Below, one piece after another: positions 38,090-51,029 of a stretch of 64,000 nucleotides of DNA (positions within the stretch are counted from its first letter, which is position 1; every line of letters starts with the position of its first letter). Position numbers and translations under genes: made by a program. Under the pieces are notes generated by a model. The model saw nothing but the letters and a program-made list of their open reading frames with translations, was not told the DNA's origin and did not search any database. Source of the stretch: Tricharina praecox (taxonomy: Eukaryota); NCBI RefSeq assembly GCF_024521635.1, contig NW_026250419.1:62001-126000 (forward strand). The letters run 5' to 3'.

Positions 38090-41000
38090 ATGCGGCTGCT
38101 GAGGCTGTGCTCGCTGGCAGCAGCAGTACTGCTGCCGGTACGTTGCTACAGGCGTTTCCTCCCATAGCTGTGGATAGCTGACACTACCTGTGCTACCAGA
38201 GCGCCCTCGCCGATAAATACTCGGTCCACAAGACAACGTTCCAAAACGTTCCGGCCGCCCTATCCTACTTCGAGGACAGTCCCGTGCTATTGACGTTCGA
38301 CCCCAAGGGCAGAGATGTATATCGGTCAGAAAATGACGGAAAGGATTGGACGAACATCGACGACGTCAAGGGAAAGGCTGTCGAATTCGTGCAACATCCT
38401 TTTGATAAGGATCGTGCCGTGATATTTTCGGACGGGAAAGACCACTGGGCTACGAAGGATAAGGGAAAGACCTGGAAGAAGTTTACGGTGGACCTGCCGG
38501 TGTCGATACGCCAGATGCCCCTGGCGTTCAGTGCGGCAAATCCGGACCATGTGCTGTATGCCGGACAGCAATGTGATCCCGACGATATATGGGGGTACAA
38601 TTGCCCTGACAAGGTGGGCTATCTCCGGTTGGGGGTGCGGGGAATACGGGTTGCTGACCTTGTGCTGTGCAGACCTTCTACTCGAAGGATTGGTTCGGTA
38701 CCGTGCGGCCCCTAGTCGAAAACACCCATAGTTGTCTGTTTGCGCGCGGGAACAAGCTCTTCACAGAAGGCCCCGAGGACGCGATCTTCTGTATCGTTGA
38801 CGGGGATGACAAATACCAGGAACACCGCAAACTAATGGTATCCAACAACTTCTTTCAAGATTCAGCCGAGCCGAAATTGGATGGCTACAACAGTGTGAGG
38901 GGGCTGGCTGGGCTGGCGTCTGTTTCCAAGTTTATAGTTGCGGCTGTTCGCGGTGCGGGCACGGAGGAGATGGCACTGTATGTTCCATGTGTTGCTCATT
39001 CGTATCCTTTCGAAATATTCATGGTGTTTCCAGATACGTATCGAATAACGCGACTACCTGGGACCGTGCCGAGTTCCCACAAGACCACGGCGGGCTCAAA
39101 GAAGACGCTTATACCATCCTTGAGTCCACTCCGTACAGCATCCAGGTTGATGTGTTGACCACGAAAGGCACCCAAGCTCCTATTGGAGAGCTGTTCACCA
39201 GCAACTCGAATGGCACCTACTTCACCCGTGACCTGGACAACACTAACCGTATCGCCAGAGGCTTGGTTGATTTTGAGCAGATCGAGGGCATCGAGGGCAT
39301 CGTGCTAGCCAACATCGTCGCGAATGCTGATGAAGTCAAAGCAAGCGGGGCGAAGGAAAAGAAACTGCAGACCAAGATTTCCTTTGACGACGGGAAGTTG
39401 GGTACCTGGAAGGCTCTCAAAGCCGACGGCAAGGACCTGCATCTCCACTCGATCACAGAATTGGCCAATGGCGGCCGCGTGTACTCGAGCCGGGCACCCG
39501 GCCTCGTGATGGGTGTCGGAAATACCGGTGATTACCTCGACAGCTATGACAACGGTGATCTGTACATCTCCGAGGACGCAGGATTGACCTGGACCAGGAC
39601 TCGGACCGAGGCTCACAAGTACGAGTTCGGGGGAGCCGGTTCCATCATAGTGGCGGTCTACGATGAGGGATTCACGGACAAGGTCTCATACTCCAAGGAC
39701 CACGGAAAGACCTGGAAGGATGTAAATCTCGACACTGAGATTCGCGCTCGACTGTTGACTACCACTCCCGACTCTACCAGTCTCAAGTTCATTCTCGCTG
39801 GCATCGGTAAGGATAAGAAGGGACACATTTTCGACCTCGACTTCGATGACGTTTTCGACGGGAAGAAGTGTAAGCTCGATAAGGACAATGAGGACAAGAG
39901 TGATTACGTGAAATGGTATGCACGGTACGACGACGACGGTAAGCCAGATTGTTTGATGGGGCGGAAGCAATATTTCTGGCGCCGCAAGAAGGATGCCGAC
40001 TGCAGCGCCGGAGAGCTCTACAAGGAGCCAGCCGCCGAGAGTGAGGTGTGCCAGTGTCAAGACCAGGACTTCGAGTGCGACTTCAATTTTGTCCGCAACG
40101 ATAAGAAGGAGTGCGTTTTGGCAACCGATGCCAAGTTGCCGATTCCGCCGAATAAGTGCAAGAATCCAAAGGACGAGTACATGGGGCCGAGTGGATACCG
40201 TAAGATTCCCGGGAATAGCTGCAAAGACGGTGTTAATAAGGAAGAGCCGATGAAACGCAAGTGTGATGAAGGTAATAGTTGCCCGCTCTTCTCCAGCAGA
40301 ATGGTTTTCTCACTGTGTCAGCTATTTCCACGCCCTCGACTGGAAAGATTGTGTCCACGTCCCACGAATTCCGTGCAAAGAAGCCCCTCGACTACTTCTA
40401 TCTCAACAATGCAGAGACCGCGGCCGTCACCGAGGAAGAGGTATGTCATGTATCTTGGGTGGCCATATACCATGTTACAGAGACTGACTGACTGACCCGG
40501 CAGACCGTCTTCATGATGACCGACAAGCAAGAAATTTGGGTGTCCCACAACGGCGGTAAGGAGTGGGAGCACGTCCTGAAGGACGCCAAAGTCATCGCCG
40601 TATACCCGCACCCGCACGATTGGAAACATGTATATTTCGTCACCAACTCCAAGACGATCCACTATACCACCGATCGCGGACACAGCTTCAGCGAGATGCA
40701 AGCCCCAGAACTGCCCAATAGGCAGGGTTTTCCATTCCTGGATTTCCATCCTCTCAAGAATGAATGGTTCATCTGGCACAGCCAGAAGGATTGTTCGGAT
40801 CCGATGAAATGCCATACGATCGCGTGGTACACCACCTCTGCAGGAGTGGAGTGGCATGTGCTCAAGAGCTACTCCGGAGCCTGCAAGTGGGTGCGTGCCC
40901 AGCGCAAGGAGACGCCGGATAAGCTGGTATTCTGCGAGCACGCGGCAAACGAAGACCCCAGGGCAGAGACGATGGAACTTCTTTCGAGCTCTACCTTTTT

Positions 41001-42808
41001 CGAGGACGAGAAGAAGCACTTTGACCGCATCATTGGATACGCAACTATGCAGGAGTTCATCGTGGTCGCTGGCGTCAAGGACGATAATTCGCTCCAGGCT
41101 TCCGCCTCGGTCGATGGCCAGACTTTCGCGGATGCACATTTCCCACATGGGTTTAATGTTCCGCATCAGACAGCCTACACCGTCCTGGACTCGGTCACAC
41201 ATTCCGTGTTCCTCCACGTCACTGTGAACGACCGCAGGGGGTATGAGTACGGCAGCCTGCTGAAGTCGAATTCCAACGGCACGAATTATGTGCTCTCACT
41301 CGACGCGGTCAACAGGAATGAGGATGGCTTCGTCGACTTCGAGAGGATGCAAATTCTCGAGGGTATTGCGATCGTGAACCGCGTGGTGAACCACGAGGCT
41401 GCGTCCACGGGCGAGAAGAAGAAGCTGCGGAGTATGATCACCCACAACGACGGCGGGAAATGGGACTACATCACCCCTCCAGCCCAAGATTCGGAAAAGA
41501 AAGCGTATAAGTGCAGTGGTGGCATCGAGAAATGCTCGCTGAACTTTCATCATTACACTGAGCGATCTGATCCCCGACATACGTTCTCGTCTGGCTCCGC
41601 GATTGGACTCATGATGGCTGTTGGTAACGTTGGAGACGAGCTCAAGGGTTTCGCAGACGGAGACACGTTCCTGACGACGGATGGAGGCATCAACTGGGTC
41701 GAGGTTCGCAAGGGACAGTATCTGTGGGAGTATGGTGATCAAGGATCCATCATCATCATCGTGGACCGGGCCAAGCCTACCGATATGGTCCTGTACACTT
41801 TGGATGAGGGCAAGTCATGGCTGGAGTACAAGTTCAACGAGAAGTTGAAGGTCACCGATATCTCCACCGTTCCTATGGACAACAGCCGGAAGTTCTTGCT
41901 GTGGGGGTACAAGGAGGGAGGCGGAGAGAAGTTCTACACGGTCCATCTCGACTTTAGCGGGATTACCGATCAGCAGTGTAAGATATCCCAGCTGCTTGTG
42001 GCAATTTTTGGGGTGTACGATGCTAATATAACCCGCAGGCAAGCTGGATGAGACTAAAGACGGAGACGATGGTAACGAAGACTTCTTCCTTTGGTCCCCT
42101 CGCGTCAACAAAGATCGCTGTCTCTTCGGCCATGAAGCGCAATACCACCGCAAGCTTGTCGACCACCGCTGCTACATAGGCCGCAAGATCGACCGCTTCC
42201 ACAAGACGCTCAAGAACTGTACCTGCGTAGCCGAAGACTTCGAATGCGACTTCAACTACGAGCGGAAATCCGACAACACCTGTAAGCTCGTCCAGGGCCT
42301 CTCACCCATCGATCACTCCGCCGTCTGCAAGGACCCCAACGTGGACGAGTACTACAAGCCCGGCTACCGTCGTATCCCCGCGTCTACCTGTCAGGGTGGA
42401 CTCGAGCTAGATAAGCTCGATCCTCAGGCCTGCCCCGGGAAGAAGCTCAAGAGTGGGATGAGTGGGTTCGGTCTCTTCATGGCAGTCATCATCCCCATTG
42501 CCGCCGCAGGTGGAATCGGATACTACGTCTGGACTCACATCCTCAATGGCGGCTTCGGTGCTATCAGATTGGGCGAGGACAGCGATAGCCCTCTCGTGCA
42601 GTACCCGATCATTGCCATCTCCGCCATCGTCGCGGTGGTTCTGGCGATCCCAACTATCCTCTCGGCACTGGGCGGATGGCTGGCGGGTAAGTTCACACGG
42701 ACTCACCGGTACACAACGAGGAATTCGTTCGCCAGGGGCGGGGATTACTCAGTTGTCAATAACGACGAGGGCGAGCTGCTGGGTAGTGACGACGATGATG
42801 AGGTATAA
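38090..42808 (+). CDS. VPS10: Vacuolar protein sorting receptor Vps10/Pep1 (spliced)
   Basis: Signal peptide MRLLRLCSLAAAVLLP, BNR/Asp-box repeats, two VPS10 domains (SNSNGT.Y/F), Cys-rich 10CC segments (DFECDFN, GYRKIPG), a TM helix and an acidic tail. Confidence 0.96.
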
Positions 42809-43665
42809 GCAGCAGGCGATTGTTTCTTCTTTTGTTTATTTTTTATTTTTGGAGTGTACAGAAGCACATGAAGTTAGATGCCGTGAAATCATTGTTTTTC
42901 GCTTAAGGCAGTTGGCTACCATCATTGGATCGGAGGGTTTTGTTTTTTGTTTGTGGGCGATATGTATTTCCCGATCATTTGGTTTCGGCTGTAGTGTTTT
43001 GGCAATGGTGTAAGTACCTAGCATCTGATGCCTCGATATGTTATTCGAGGGCTCTTTTACTGGTCCTTTATTCTTGATATTCAGGCCTTAAATACGCGGC
43101 TTCCCGTCCTAATCGATGCCCGTTCAACGCTACGAGTAGTTCTACACGGTAGGTCTGTTCGCTTTAGTAAGTGATACGGACTTTCCGACCTTGATGGGAT
43201 AAATGTGTAAGTATGTAAATAGTTGTTCCTGGGACGCGGAGACGGAGGTGAGGTTCATGGAAGGGACGCATGAGATCTGCAATGGTAGTGGGATTGGTTG
43301 CCCCGGTCCCTGATGGATTAGATAAGTCGATGGCAGGGAAGTACAGGTACAAGAGGGGGTATTCAATTCTGCTCTTGAAGTTGACTCCACATCAGCGCAA
43401 AATGGGTAGGGTCGAGGGTCATTTTTTTAAGATTGCACGCCAGATAATGGACCACTAAGACGTCAGATCGGGCCGGGCACCGCACGCTGTCGGGTGTTCC
43501 TGTGGTAACCGGCGAGGCTGACCGAGCTTGTTGACGTTCCGAAACCTCCCCCTAAAGCTCCCTCCTTAACGCGACTTCGCGACTCCTCTCCTGCGAAACC
43601 AAACACTACCAACCCACTCAAAACAACATTCCTTGAAATTTACTCCAAAATCCCGTTCGCCGACT

Positions 43666-44633
43666 ATGGAAGCTCTTCTATCCTCTTCGTTTGACCTCGT
43701 CTCGTCCTACGACACCCTACATATCCGAAAGGGCCTGCGCTGCCTCGAGGGCTTCCTGGCAAAGATGTGTCTACAGATTCCGGCGCCGCCGGTGCCGCCA
43801 CCAACGCCGAGGAATGGCGCGAGAAGGGATAGCATCGTTCCGCCGCCTGTTCCCGCTGCGAAACCGAAGGATGCTGCGTTCAGGGAATTTTTGAGGCTGC
43901 AGAACGGATTCGAGTGGAACGGTATGAAGCGACCCCTTTGCGACAAACAGCAGGGAATGAAAACTGACAGGTGGATCATAGTCACTATCCGACTCATAGC
44001 TTGTTTGGAACGACTACTCGGCAAGGAAAACAGTACGTCGAAGTCCGCACGGCGGTTTTTTTCAGATGCTGATGTGGTGGGGCGCAGACAATCAGAATAA
44101 CCTCCTGATCCTTGCGTCACTCGACCTCATCCAGGGAATGCTCCTCCTCCACCCCCCGTCGCGCAAGCTCTTCGCGAGAGAGATCCACATGAACGTCATG
44201 CTCGACCTTCTGGACGCCGGCAACAGCTGCAACGTCCAGTCTGCCACACTTCTCACGTTGGTGTGCGCTCTGATAGAGCATCCTCAGAACACTAGGGTTC
44301 GTGCGCCCCCCACCTCGAAGGATCGCCGACAGATGCGATACTGACCATATCTTCCAGGTATTCGAGGCACTCGATGGTCTGGCTACCGTCACCGCCTTGT
44401 TCAAACGTCGCGACACTCCTCGCGAAGTGAAGCTCAAGATACTCGAGTTCCTTTACTTCTATCTCATGGCTGAGACGCCTGCGACCGGTCCTGCGCCGGA
44501 GGGAGCTCCTCCGGGAAAGATGGTTCGCATCGACCGGACAACAGAGGAAAAGCAGGCCATGCTCGGTGAGTTCATGAGCAATGTTGATGGACTGGTTGCA
44601 GACCTCAAGGAGAGCCAGCCTTTTGGCATGTAG
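43666..44633 (+). CDS. cdc14: Septation-initiation-network protein Cdc14 (S. pombe type, not the phosphatase; 4 exons)
   Basis: IRKGLRCLEGFLA, AFREFLRLQNGFEWN, LDLIQGMLLLHPPSRKLF, NTR|VFEALDGL and KLKILEFLYFYL. Confidence 0.88.
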
Positions 44634-44924
44634 TGTAGAACAGATTAGATGTACGATAAGTGGATGGGATGGTTGTGTTTTGTGTATTGGGTTTCCGAAT
44701 TATGGCGTTAAACAAGCGGTAGATACTATATTCTACTTTACTCTTAAGTCCAGTCCGTCTCTCTCTCTCTCGTGTGCTCCTCCTCCTCCTCTGTCGCAGC
44801 GGGTACTCGTACACATATTCAACAAGCTAATCCATCTTCCAGGACTGCTCACCTGTTCCTCTTTTTGCAGTGGAGGCACCTCCACCGGTCTTGCGCAAAA
44901 CATTTGGTGAACAATATTCTTCCA

Positions 44925-45578
44925 TCAATGCATCAACACCACCGGCTTTCCCTCCTCCCACGCCGCGACAGCCTCCTTAACGTTCCTCCTGTACCTCAAC
45001 CTAACGGCCTCTTTCCTCGCCGCCTCCCAATCACCGCCCTCACACGCCTCGCCAACGGCCTTCTCACTCTCGAGCACCCTATCCTTAGCCTCCCTCTCGA
45101 GCACCTCCAGATCCTCCCTCTTGCGCGCCTCCTCAATGACCTCATGCGCCTCCAGCACCTCCATAAGCAACTCCTTATCGTCCATTCCCATGCCAGTGTC
45201 CTCTGCCACATCCATCCCGTGGAGTGACAGCAGGTATACCGCGCGGCTCAGGGGATCGCGCAGCGTGCTGTACGCGTGGTTGATGTACGACGAGTCGACG
45301 TCGTCCGCGGCGGCGGGGGATTGGCGCGAGGACACGTCGGGGTGCGAGATCTGCTGCAGCGTGAAGAACTCGCGCTGCAGCGCCCGCAGGTCGATGTCGA
45401 ACGGCCCGCGCGGCGGTGCGCCGCAAGGGATGCTGCGCGGGAAGAGCGTGTAGAAGGTTTTTTGCGGGGCGCTGGAGCTGGAACTGGAGCTGTGGCGGAT
45501 CGCTGTTCGTGAGATATGTAGTGGTGTACCGCACGCAGGTCGAAATAATAGTCGCGGTAATCGTTGTAAGAACTTCAT
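44925..45578 (-). CDS. JAC1: Mitochondrial Fe-S cluster co-chaperone Jac1/HscB
   Basis: Arg/Ser-rich presequence, J-domain LQQISHPD, INHAYSTLRDPLSRAVYLL, and an HscB C-terminal region LLMEVLEAHE...VRLRY. Confidence 0.93.
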   Translation of the reverse strand: MKFLQRLPRLLFRPACGTPLHISRTAIRHSSSSSSSAPQKTFYTLFPRSIPCGAPPRGPFDIDLRALQREFFTLQQISHPDVSSRQSPAAADDVDSSYINHAYSTLRDPLSRAVYLLSLHGMDVAEDTGMGMDDKELLMEVLEAHEVIEEARKREDLEVLEREAKDRVLESEKAVGEACEGGDWEAARKEAVRLRYRRNVKEAVAAWEEGKPVVLMH

Positions 45579-46392
45579 TGTGGGATTAGGCTGTGGTAGG
45601 TAGTAGATGCGATCGATTCGCCGGTGAGGTTTTTTCGAGCGTGAAGGGCGGACCAGGGGTCATGACGTATCCCGCAGCGTAGCCGACAGCTTAGTCTACC
45701 GGTACTCCGGCCCCTGTCCCTCAGCGGCCAGCCAGCCGTTCACCGCTCGGCACACCTGCGGGCCGACATCCATATCTAGTCCTCAAGCGCGTCTGGTGCA
45801 AATGTCCACTCGAGATGTTGAGATTCAAACAAAACATGGCATTGAATAGGACCGTAGAGGCTGCGACCCGTGTCGAGAAAACCAGCCAGTTTAACCACGA
45901 GAATATATAGTTAATAGTAGACATTTGCATGACGGTCAAACAATTCCACGGAAACCCTCCCCACCGGCTTCAATATTCATCCCTTCCTTCTAAACTCTCG
46001 GTATTCACATCAGACCGCCGCCGCCGCCGTTGTTCGACCACTCCTTTCTTCCTTAGGTATAGCCTATTCTCCACCGTTGCTTTCCATGCCAAACCCGTCC
46101 CATAACGGAATGGAATACCCAAGCAACGCACAAAGTAGGATAGAGTAAGGCATGAAGGAACACAGATCCACCACCGGAAATAATGTGCCGTGCCGCGTCG
46201 TCATGGGCATGTGCGGTGTGCGCAGCCCACGAGACTAGACAGTATGCAGACCGCGGCGACGCAGAGAAGAAAAAAGGCGGGGGACAGAAACTCCGGCCAA
46301 GCCCGCTCGCTGCGTATGGCCGTCCACGGAGTCCATTCGCCGCAACGCTACGAGGATGGGTACATGTGCGCATTTTGCCCAACATTACCATC

Positions 46393-46473
46393 GATTCAGT
46401 AGTGTAGGGGTATCATGGGCGCTTGCCATCCAGCATTCTGCGCCCGACCCGGGTTCAAATCCCGGCTGAATCA
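46393..46473 (+). tRNA. tRNA-Gly(GCC) with a 10-nt intron (46429-46438)
   Basis: Cloverleaf: acceptor GATTCAG/CTGAATC plus A73; D arm GTG-TAGGGGTAT-CAT; anticodon stem GGCGC/GCGCC with loop TT-GCC-A[intron]T; T arm CCGGG-TTCAAAT-CCCGG. A TTTT terminator follows within about 10 nt. Confidence 0.9.
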
Positions 46474-49400
46474 TTCATTCTTTTGTTCGCTCGACGAAGC
46501 GGGGTTATTTTGCTGCTGGCCATGGCGGTGTGCGTGCGAGGGGAGCTCAACGTGACAAGAGTGGTGGTGGTGGTTATGGTGGGGAGCTGCACGCTGGGCG
46601 ATAACAATGTGTGTGTATAATATACGGCTAAGTGGACAGATAACGGCAAAAGGTACGCCGCCGAGAGGGAGGATATTAAGTACACAAGTCTCTTGTACTA
46701 TTCATGATGTCGAAATAGCGATCGAGAATGAAGAGCAACAACCCCCGCGAAACGATAGGGTGTGGGGCAACAACCACGCACATGTTTCTTCAATCTTGGG
46801 CGCCAGTGTATGAATGGGTACTCCATATCTCAAGCGGTCGGCTTGGAGGATGGATGGATCATGAATGAAGATGGCTGCCCTCCGTATATATAGCTTCTTG
46901 GAACAGTATTGATCGTACATAAATGATGTTTCTCGTCTGTAATCGGGGGCGCATCACCTTCAGTATGATGGCTACCGAGTTCGTGTGGTGGATCACAGAA
47001 GTCACTCGAGGAAAGACTCTTGTAGGTATTATGAGCCAACCAGCAATCGTTAAGGCAAACTCGCGGGGTGGAAAAGGTTATATAATCTGCCATGATCTAT
47101 TAAGGTCAAATGCAATAATGATTAAACAAAACAAAATTAAGGTAGACTCGCTACACTTATCTGCATGCGCTCCGGGAGGGGACGGAGGAACGCAGCATCT
47201 CGATACACCAACATGTATACCGGTATATCTCGCTGCTAGGTATATCTGATTGCCTGTTCGCCATCCCTCGTTCCTATTAGAGTACCTGGATAAGCGAAGG
47301 AATAAGGAACAGAAGAAAACCGCCTTTCATTGTCAACACCTTTCATTCCCATCCAAACAGAAAACGAAAACCTATGAGAAGTACATAGCCTCTGTCGGCC
47401 ATGATGCGTAATCCGGCAGAAACCCTAAAAAACAATAAGGGTGAAAAAACCCAGGTATGTGCAAAAAACCCATCGTCATCTCCCCCCAATCTGCTCAAGT
47501 GGTGGGGAACGATGAAATCGAATGCTGTGTAATTTAGAAGGGCCGCTTATCTCTTCCCAAATGCAGAGTACGAGTATAGGTAGTACGAGTACAAAAGCTT
47601 CCCCCCGTTAGTTATCTACCTACCCCCCGTCGGCAATACCAACAATCGTTGATCGCAGACACAACATCGCCTCGCCAAAAATCGTACAATAATGTAGTCA
47701 GCCGGAAGGTACTTACATAGAAATCCACCGTGAAGCCTCCGCCGTGACCGAGTACCTACCAGGTACACGTCTCAGCAAAGAACACGGTTCCATCGTCTTC
47801 TTTTCGGAAGGAGCGGACGCTGCTATGTAGTCTCCAGAGCTAGGTACTCGAACCGTCGAACGGCGCTGGATATAGTTGGCAGCGGTAGCCCGCTACAAAC
47901 CCCGCCGCCCGGTGGCATGTGAAATCTGGCCCCTGAACCCTCGCGCCGGTTGACAGCGGCCAGCTCACGTGGGAGTGTTCGGTAGGTAGTGGGGCGTGGG
48001 CCCTGGACGGCAGCGGTGGCGGCGACGGGGTTGGAGCGTCGGCCGATGATCGATACGGTACGAGAGGACAACGTTGGCGGAGACGGTGGAGCCGATGCTT
48101 GGTCTAACGTGGTAGGAACTGGAATGAACCAGTCTTCGAGTCGGAGTGATTCGGCGTTACTTTACTACTCTCATTGGACGCTCTCCCGACAGTGAACCAC
48201 GGTCCACGGTAGGTATGTAGAGTAAATCGTCTACATACGGCCGAGTCTGGGGAATGGGATACGGAAGGCCACAAAGAGCATACAGACCGAGTACCCACAA
48301 GCTGGGATTGGAGGATCGAAGTTTACGGGCACTTCCACCATATGCGCCCACCACAGAAATCCAATAGATAACCAATACCTACCTGGTAGTAGTCATCCAT
48401 CGTGGAAGTGTATTGTGTGTGAGTATAGGTGGAATACAATGCCTATGAGCTTACGAACATGCGCCTGAATACCTGTGACACGATTCAGTACTATGAATCA
48501 TCAGACAACTCAGCTCGTGCGGTCCAACACTTGATTCATGTGTCGAGGTCGAAGTGCTTACGTAACCGATCACCGCTGCGAATCGTCAGTTACGACTTAC
48601 GACCGATAATGAAAGCCGGATCCGGACGACGGGCTGAAATCATCAACCGGAAGCCGGAGTCTGAGTCCATCATGGATCGGTCCGCCTCAGTGCCTCACCG
48701 ACCGCCCATTACTCTATTACCCACACCTACCACCATTAATATTACCACTCGATACCCTAAGCCCTAAACCCGCAACGACACTCTGGTTATCTGCCCCGAC
48801 ATAGCATACGATGCAGTGTAACATCACCCCTGTGACTCTGCGAGCAAAAAATCGTTTCCCATTCCGAACAAAACCCCCCCTCCCCCCTCCCCCCTCCCCC
48901 CACACCGAGACCACGGAAAAGACGGCCGTGGCAGGCAGGCAGCCAGGTACTCTACTCCTAGTAGTTATCACAGGCTTAGCACCGACCAAGAGATGTCAGG
49001 AAGCCCCCGTACGATTCTTCTGTCTCGCACACCCATCGCACCGCACGCTAGTTACGTTAGAGTCCTTATCCGGTAGGTATGTATCTGCTCGAGAATCGAG
49101 CATCGCTAGCCGAACCACTGCTTCGGGCAGATGCCAGATGCTAGACAGCGGTGGACAGCCTGCGCGCACGAATGGGAATCTGGGCAGTGGGCGTGGACGA
49201 CGGGCAGTGGGCGACAGGCGTGGACTGCTAGCGCATCGAGTGATTGCTCAGGTTCCTACGTACGCACATAACCCGGTGCAGAACGTTGATGTACCATAAA
49301 GGCTCGGAAGACCTGCCTGCCTACCTGTCTGCCCGCCCGTTTGGTGCGGCGTATATATGGTGTTTGACCGTTGACGGAAACTATGGTACCTGGGACTGTG

Positions 49401-50492
49401 CCCAAGTCCGCGACGGCGCGGCCTCGCTGGCTGCGATCCGTCGCCGCCGCAGCCCTATCGCACACGCCGTTCGCTCTGAGCCTCTGCGCCCGTGCCGTGC
49501 CGTGCCAGAGCGATAAACGCGGCTTTTGAGCCTGGGCACGGGGAGTGCACGGACAGAGTTCGCGGCGTTCGTTCTGGCCGAACTTTACAGAAGAGAATTA
49601 TCTATGGAGTCGTGAGAGGGAACCGATATTCCGGCTCGGTTTGAACTTTGGCCAGTGCCAAAAAAAAACTCTAATAATAACCCTCCCCCTCCCCCCTTTT
49701 TTTCTCCTCTCTTTTCTACTTCGGGATCCGGCTAGTTTTTCTAGAGTAAAATAGCCGGACTAAGCCAGGCGTCGTCCGAGTGATGGCGCAAGATCTAACG
49801 CAACGCAGCGCAGAACTATGCCACCTCGCCGAAAATGCCTTGCTTGCCTGCCTGCCTGCCTGCCTGCCAGTCTGCCAGTCTGCGGCGATAGGATAGAGTG
49901 GGCCAGCACCAACACCGGCACCAACTCCAAAGATTACGCACCAACACACAGTGCACACATACCGCCCCAGTTTCCGTTGCTTTGCTTGCCTCAAGTCCAT
50001 TGAAGCGGTAAATGGTAAATGGTAAATGGTAAATAATATACATTTCCGACACTACAAATACCTGTGGATGTCCCCCGAGCTCCGACCGACCGAATTCCCC
50101 TTGTTGACCCATTTTTTTTTCTCACGAAACAGGAAACCTTTCAAACACCGGAAGGAAAAAAAAACAGACAAAAAGACCAGGACACAGGATAGAATATTTC
50201 GGTTGGAAAGAGAGAAAAAAATACAGTTCCCCATAACACAAAAGTAAAAAAAGAAGCAAAAAACCCCGAGCCCGTAAAGTTGGCACCGACAAAGTAAAAT
50301 AAAATCATAAGTCCAGGAAGAAAAAGAGGTGGAAATTTGAGTAGAAGAAACAGCCTGCGAACTCTACACGAAAATTTGTGAATGCAGTTACAGACGACAG
50401 CGTTAGAGGGGGGGGGGGAGATGGTTAGTAATATTTCGTACTTGTACCGTTCCTATCTCTAAGCTGGACCTGCATCATAATTCGTAGTGGAA

Positions 50493-51029
50493 TTAGGCTC
50501 CAACTCGCACTCTCTTGGAACCGTCGAAGGACATCTGTTGGTACTCATAAGCAGTCATGCCCGAGTTCATTTCCAAACTCTCTGAGCCGCGCTTCCTCTT
50601 GTTGATGGTGGGCTGGGCAAACTGCTGTTGCTGCTGAGCAAACTGCTGCTGCTGCTCAAACTGCTGCTGTTGCTGCATGAACTGGTTCTGAGGCTGCTGC
50701 TGGAGCATCTGGGTAGGCTGCTGAATGCCCATATCCATGTCCATGTTGTCTCCGCTGCTCATCTCCTCTTCAGCCACGACTGGGGCAGCAGAGGCAGTAG
50801 TCTGGTAGGGACACCAGACGTTCTTAACGGGGATGTCGTCCTCGTCCATGCCACCGCTCATGTTGAGTAGCTGGATGGGAGTGTCTTCGGTCGCGAAAGA
50901 GTAGCCGCGGCTCGGGGTGTCGGCGAAATCCCAATCGCTGTCACGGTCGCCGCAGGCGAAACCGTACGAGGGCTTGGTGCGATGCTTGAGGCTGAGCCAG
51001 TTGTCGTGGGAAGCAGAGTAGGCCGACAT
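50493..51029 (-). CDS. Uncharacterised 178-aa Gln-rich protein with NLS-like basic motifs
   Basis: Single-exon ATG ORF with C-ending codon bias, a pyrimidine-rich leader and a U-rich trailer. Contains a QQQQF repeat tract, NKRKRG and KRVRV. Confidence 0.7.
   Translation of the reverse strand: MSAYSASHDNWLSLKHRTKPSYGFACGDRDSDWDFADTPSRGYSFATEDTPIQLLNMSGGMDEDDIPVKNVWCPYQTTASAAPVVAEEEMSSGDNMDMDMGIQQPTQMLQQQPQNQFMQQQQQFEQQQQFAQQQQQFAQPTINKRKRGSESLEMNSGMTAYEYQQMSFDGSKRVRVGA

Noticed and set aside
44790..44860. Intron-like signals between the cdc14 and JAC1 stop codons on both strands
   Set aside because: The branch point or donor is weak in each case, and a 3'UTR intron cannot be supported without transcript data.
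48585..48650. Possible C/D snoRNA (minus-strand TTGATGA...CTGA) and a 10-nt match to the 18S rRNA 3' end (GTTACGACTT)
   Set aside because: The C box is imperfect, there is no terminal stem, and the rRNA match is on the wrong strand relative to the boxes; this is compatible with chance.
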